This document shows, piece by piece, positions 60,059-64,000 of a stretch of DNA of 64,000 nucleotides. Every line of letters starts with the position of its first letter. Positions within the stretch are counted from its first letter, which is position 1. Made by a program: the position numbers and the translations under genes. Source of the DNA: Eledone cirrhosa (Eukaryota); assembly GCA_964016885.1 (NCBI GenBank), contig OZ024743.1, positions 338,334,001 through 338,398,000 of the forward strand. The letters are read 5' to 3'. The notes under the pieces were generated by a model that was not told where the DNA came from, ran no database searches, and saw only the letters and a program-made list of their open reading frames with translations.

Positions 60059-60554
60059 TAATCATCTTAAAAACCAATATTGATTTACAGTCTCATACAT
60101 ACATCATTAGTTTTTTGTTTTGTTGCTGGTTGCTTTTGTTGTTTTGTTGTTGTTTGCTGTTTCTGTGGTTTGGTTTTGGGGGTGTTTTTCTTTAAATTCA
60201 TTCCCTGTAACACTAAATATGTTTACAGATATAAAACCTCTTGTGATTGATAGCATGTAATCGGTAACTATGGGAATGTCTTATTAGTTATCTGGTTTCT
60301 CTGTGTATGTATACTCAGAGCTTCCAAATAATGTGGGAGGGAAGTAAGCTGGAGGAGGGGGGGGGGGGGGCACTCAGTAAATTTTCTAGGTTGTCTCTGT
60401 TGGGTTTTTTTAAAACCAGAATTAGCTGGCTAGTTTACATAGTGAGACTCCAACCTATCCTATTTATTTTATAACATGTGTGTGTTGTGTGTTACGTGTG
60501 TGTTGTGTGTTGTGTATGAATGTGTCTGTTGGATCAGCATCGTATTCAGCAATG

Positions 60555-60835
60555 AGTGTTCCATCTGTTCACACAATGAAACAGCCTCCTCTTGAAATTA
60601 ACATGAAAGTGGCTGAGCATTCCACAAACATATATATCTTTAATGTAGTTCTCAGGGAAATTCAGCATGACAAAAGCTGTGACAAGAATTGTTATTTTCA
60701 ATTACAGGTACAATTCATTTATTTTCAACAACCGAGTGGACTAGAGCAATGTGAAATAAAGTGTCTTGCTCAAGGACACAATGTGCTACCGTCAATCATG
60801 AGACAAACACTCTAATCACTAAGCCACTTGCCTTC
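60555..60835 (-). mobile_element. CORE-like SINE (OR-type)
   Basis: Matches 22290-22597 (gaaataaagtgtcttgctcaaggacac). Confidence 0.72.
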
Positions 60836-60971
60836 AAATTTGAGTCGTAGTGAGACATACATACACCTGAAAGTTTTACAAGTTAACAATGGAGCCATCA
60901 TGTAGTCACTTGACCCATCCAACCCTTGCTAGCAGAGAAAAGAAACATTAAATTCTTATTATTATTATTAG

Positions 60972-61250
60972 GAGGTTAACTTTGCCTTTCATCCTTACAG
61001 GGTCGATAAAATAAAGTACCAGTAATGTCCTGGGTAATTGGTGGCCTTGTGCCAAGAGTAGAAACAATTATTATTAGTATGGTGGTGGATTGGCAGTATC
61101 AGTAGAGGGTTGGACGCCATGCTTTTCAGCATAGGGTTACGGCCCTTTACGGTCTGAGTTCAAATCCTGCCGGGGGTTAATTTTGCCTTTCATCCTTACA
61201 GGGTCGATAAAATAAAGTACCAGTAATGCACTGGGATCCAATTTATTTGA
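60972..61250 (+). mobile_element. Partial plus near-complete Meta-domain-like SINEs in tandem
   Basis: Two copies of tttgcctttcatccttacagggtcgataaaataaagtaccagtaatg; head ggtggattggcagtatcagtagag. Confidence 0.82.
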
Positions 61251-61494
61251 TTTGACCCCCCCCCCCCCCCCCCCCCTCCCTTAATCACAGAAACACCTAT
61301 TGTTGTTATTTTCTATTTTTGTCAGAAACGAGACACTAAAGTTGATCATTTTTACTGCCTGAACTTCTTTCTTTATGTTTATCCAACACTGTCAGTCTAG
61401 AAGTTCCTCCATAACAAGGCCTTCTGTTTGTTTTATTAGTTAGCAGGTTTATTTTCCATCACCAGCTTGCCATGCTTGTTGTAACTAATGCCAC

Positions 61495-61696
61495 GGATGT
61501 TGTCCAAGGGAAAGACAAAGGCCAATACAGCTTGTCACCAGTGACACTGGAATTCATTTCTACAGCTGAGTGAACTGAAGCAACATGAAATAAAGTGTCT
61601 TGCTCAAGGACACAAAACATCACCCAGTCCAAGAAGGAAACTCACAGCTTTACCATTGTGAATCTAACTCTCTAACCACTAAGCCATATGCCTTCA
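61495..61696 (-). mobile_element. CORE-like SINE (OR-type)
   Basis: Reverse complement of 20075-20275. Confidence 0.72.
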
Positions 61697-61745
61697 TGCC
61701 AGAATATCAATGGTAGTTATTTTATTGATTCCACCAACCAACCAT

Positions 61746-62157
61746 GAATTTCCATCCAAAATTTTAATTTAATAAAATAGTAAGAGAACTTCAAAAGTAC
61801 CAGTTTACCTCTGCCAATTTCAGATTGCAGATAGTAAGCTATTTGGTCATTAATAGCATGGTATCCACTTATTTATTAGTTTACAGCATCATAATGACTT
61901 TTTATTGAAACTACTTTCCAGAAGATGATTTCGTAAATATATTATTTTGTAGAATAATAATTTTATCTATCTGCTTCATGTAATATCTTCTTTCACGTGA
62001 GATCCTGTATATTTTTAAGCCGTCTTCTTTTCACACCACAAACTATCATTTATATTCCATATGCTAGATATAATTAAATGTATGAACATTGTATTTTCTC
62101 AAACTATTTAAAGTTCTCTTACTGTTTTTCAAAATTAAATTTTCAGATGGAAAATTC
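61746..62157. mobile_element. Old MITE with ~55-bp imperfect TIRs
   Basis: gaatttccatc...agtaagagaactt pairs with aagttctcttact...gatggaaaattc. Confidence 0.6.
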
Positions 62158-62629
62158 TATTTTTATTTTATAGTAAAAAAATTAATTCTAAAATAAGTTT
62201 AAACTGTTCTATAGTTTAACCATTTCATTACCATATATCTAATGTCTATAATTTGAAAATATTCAAGAATTTGGAGAGATTTAATAACTATTTCTAATTT
62301 TAGCATATGACTAGCAATTTGAAAGGAAGGAGAAAATCAATTAAATCAACCAGTACTTTATTTTATCAAATCAGTAAGGATGAAAGGCAAAGCTAAATAA
62401 AGGCCCACAACTATAACAAACTTTCTCATTATTTATTTGGTGCTTGGAAGACAATATAACAAAAGTTTTTAGATAAATATAAACTGTATATTTTAACCTT
62501 CAACACGCTGTGGGCGACACATCGTGCCATATGAGTAGTTTCCCCTTAATAGATCATACAGTGTCAAGGGGAAACAACTCATAAAAATTGCTAGCATACT
62601 AAAAGTTAAATATACAGTTTTGTATCATA

Positions 62630-64000
62630 GAACTAGATGAGATGCAATTTGGGTTTGTACCAGGAAAAGGCACCACTGATGCCCTCTTCCTTGTGAGGCA
62701 GTTACAGGAAAAGTACCTAGTTAAAAGTAAGCTGCTCTACCTGGAAAAAGTCTTCGACAGAGTCCCCCGTGCTATAATCTGGTGGGCTCTTAGAAAATTA
62801 GGAGTAGATGAATGGCTTGTGAAAGCTGTACAAGCCATGTATAGAGGGGCAGTCAGAAAAGTTAGAATTAGCAATGAATATAGCGAGGAATTTAGCATAC
62901 AGCTCGGTGTCCACCAGGGCTCTGTTCTTAGCCCTCTCTTGTTCATTATAGTTTTGCAGGCAATAACGGAGGAGTTTAAGACCGGATGCCCATGGGAACT
63001 CCTGTATGCAAATGACCTCGCACTTATAGCTGAATCTATGGTGGAACTAGAGAAGAAATTCCAAACATGGAAGCAGGGACTAGAAAGAAAGGTTCTCAAA
63101 GTCAACCTGACAAAGACTAAGGTTATTATAAGTAGACAAGAAAACAGAACCCAGATTCCCTCAGGGAAATGGCCTTGCTCAGTATGTCGGAAAGGTTTAA
63201 GTAGGAACTCCATCCTCTGCCTCAAATGCAAACAATGGGTACACAAGAGATGTAGTGGGATCTCAGGAAGTTTAACTAAGAATGTAGGCTTCATATGTAG
63301 CAGCTGTGCTGGGACAGCAAGCAGCAAACGACCACAGGAAACAAGCACCACCAAATGCTGGGAGGGCTCTGTAGAAACAGTAGACAGCTTCTGCTACCTA
63401 GGTGACGGAATTAGCAGCAGAGGTGGGTGTTCGGAAAGTTCAATAACTAGGGTAAGAATGGGATGGAAGAAGTTCAGGGAGCTACTGCCACTGCTAGCTG
63501 CAAAAGGCTTTTCCCTCAAAATGAAAGGCAGACTGTATGATGCGTGTATACGAACACCAATGTTACATGGAAGTGAAACCTAGGCGCTGTCTGTAGAAGA
63601 CTTGCGCAGATTAGAAAGAAACAAAGCCTGCATGCTCCGATGGATGTGTAATAGTAATATACGCGAACAGCCAAGTATAAACGAATTGAGAGAGAGACTG
63701 AGCATCAGAGGAATCAAATACTGTTTGCAGAAGAGGAGGTTAGATTGGTATGGACATGTGATGCATATGAAGGATGACAGCTGCATAAAAAGGTGCAGAG
63801 TACTAGAAGTCGATGGAAGCCGCAGAGTGGGGAGACCCAAGAAGACCTGAGATGAGGTGATAAAGGCCGACCTTACCCAATTGCACCTCTCAAGAGCAAT
63901 GACACACGACCGTGACCACTGGCGTCATGTAGTAATACAGAAGACCCGACCCCCCACAGGAACAAGCCGAAGTTGAAGCATATAGACAATATGCCCCCAC
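62630..64000 (+). mobile_element. RTE subfamily C, 5'-truncated, runs off the window
   Basis: ORF 62642-63583 MQFGFVPGKGTTDA...GVHQGSVLSP...YAND...CSVC..CLKC..H..C..CSSC. Confidence 0.93.

Overview
AT-rich, repeat-dense animal genomic DNA, most likely a coleoid cephalopod (Octopus-like, inferred from the SINE/RTE/Dong repertoire). The whole window appears to lie inside one minus-strand gene, a Goliath/RNF130/RNF150-type PA-TM-RING E3 ligase. Only two of its exons are visible (45669-45916 and 26424-26495), separated by a 19.2-kb intron. The rest is intronic: three subfamilies of RTE LINEs carrying a PHD finger inside the reverse transcriptase, Tx1, R4/Dong and CRE-like non-LTR fragments, tRNA-derived SINEs, TTAA-flanked MITEs, non-autonomous Helitrons, and mini/microsatellites. 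No prokaryotic features are present. The best leads are the PHD-in-RT architecture, a 48-bp GNRA-hairpin module from the RTE 3'UTR that seeds minisatellites, a fold-back starting exactly at a hammerhead-like GUC, a double-tailed RTE insertion, a four-level transposon nest, and inverted LINE pairs around the 72-nt exon. Everything was read by eye, so repeat boundaries are approximate.
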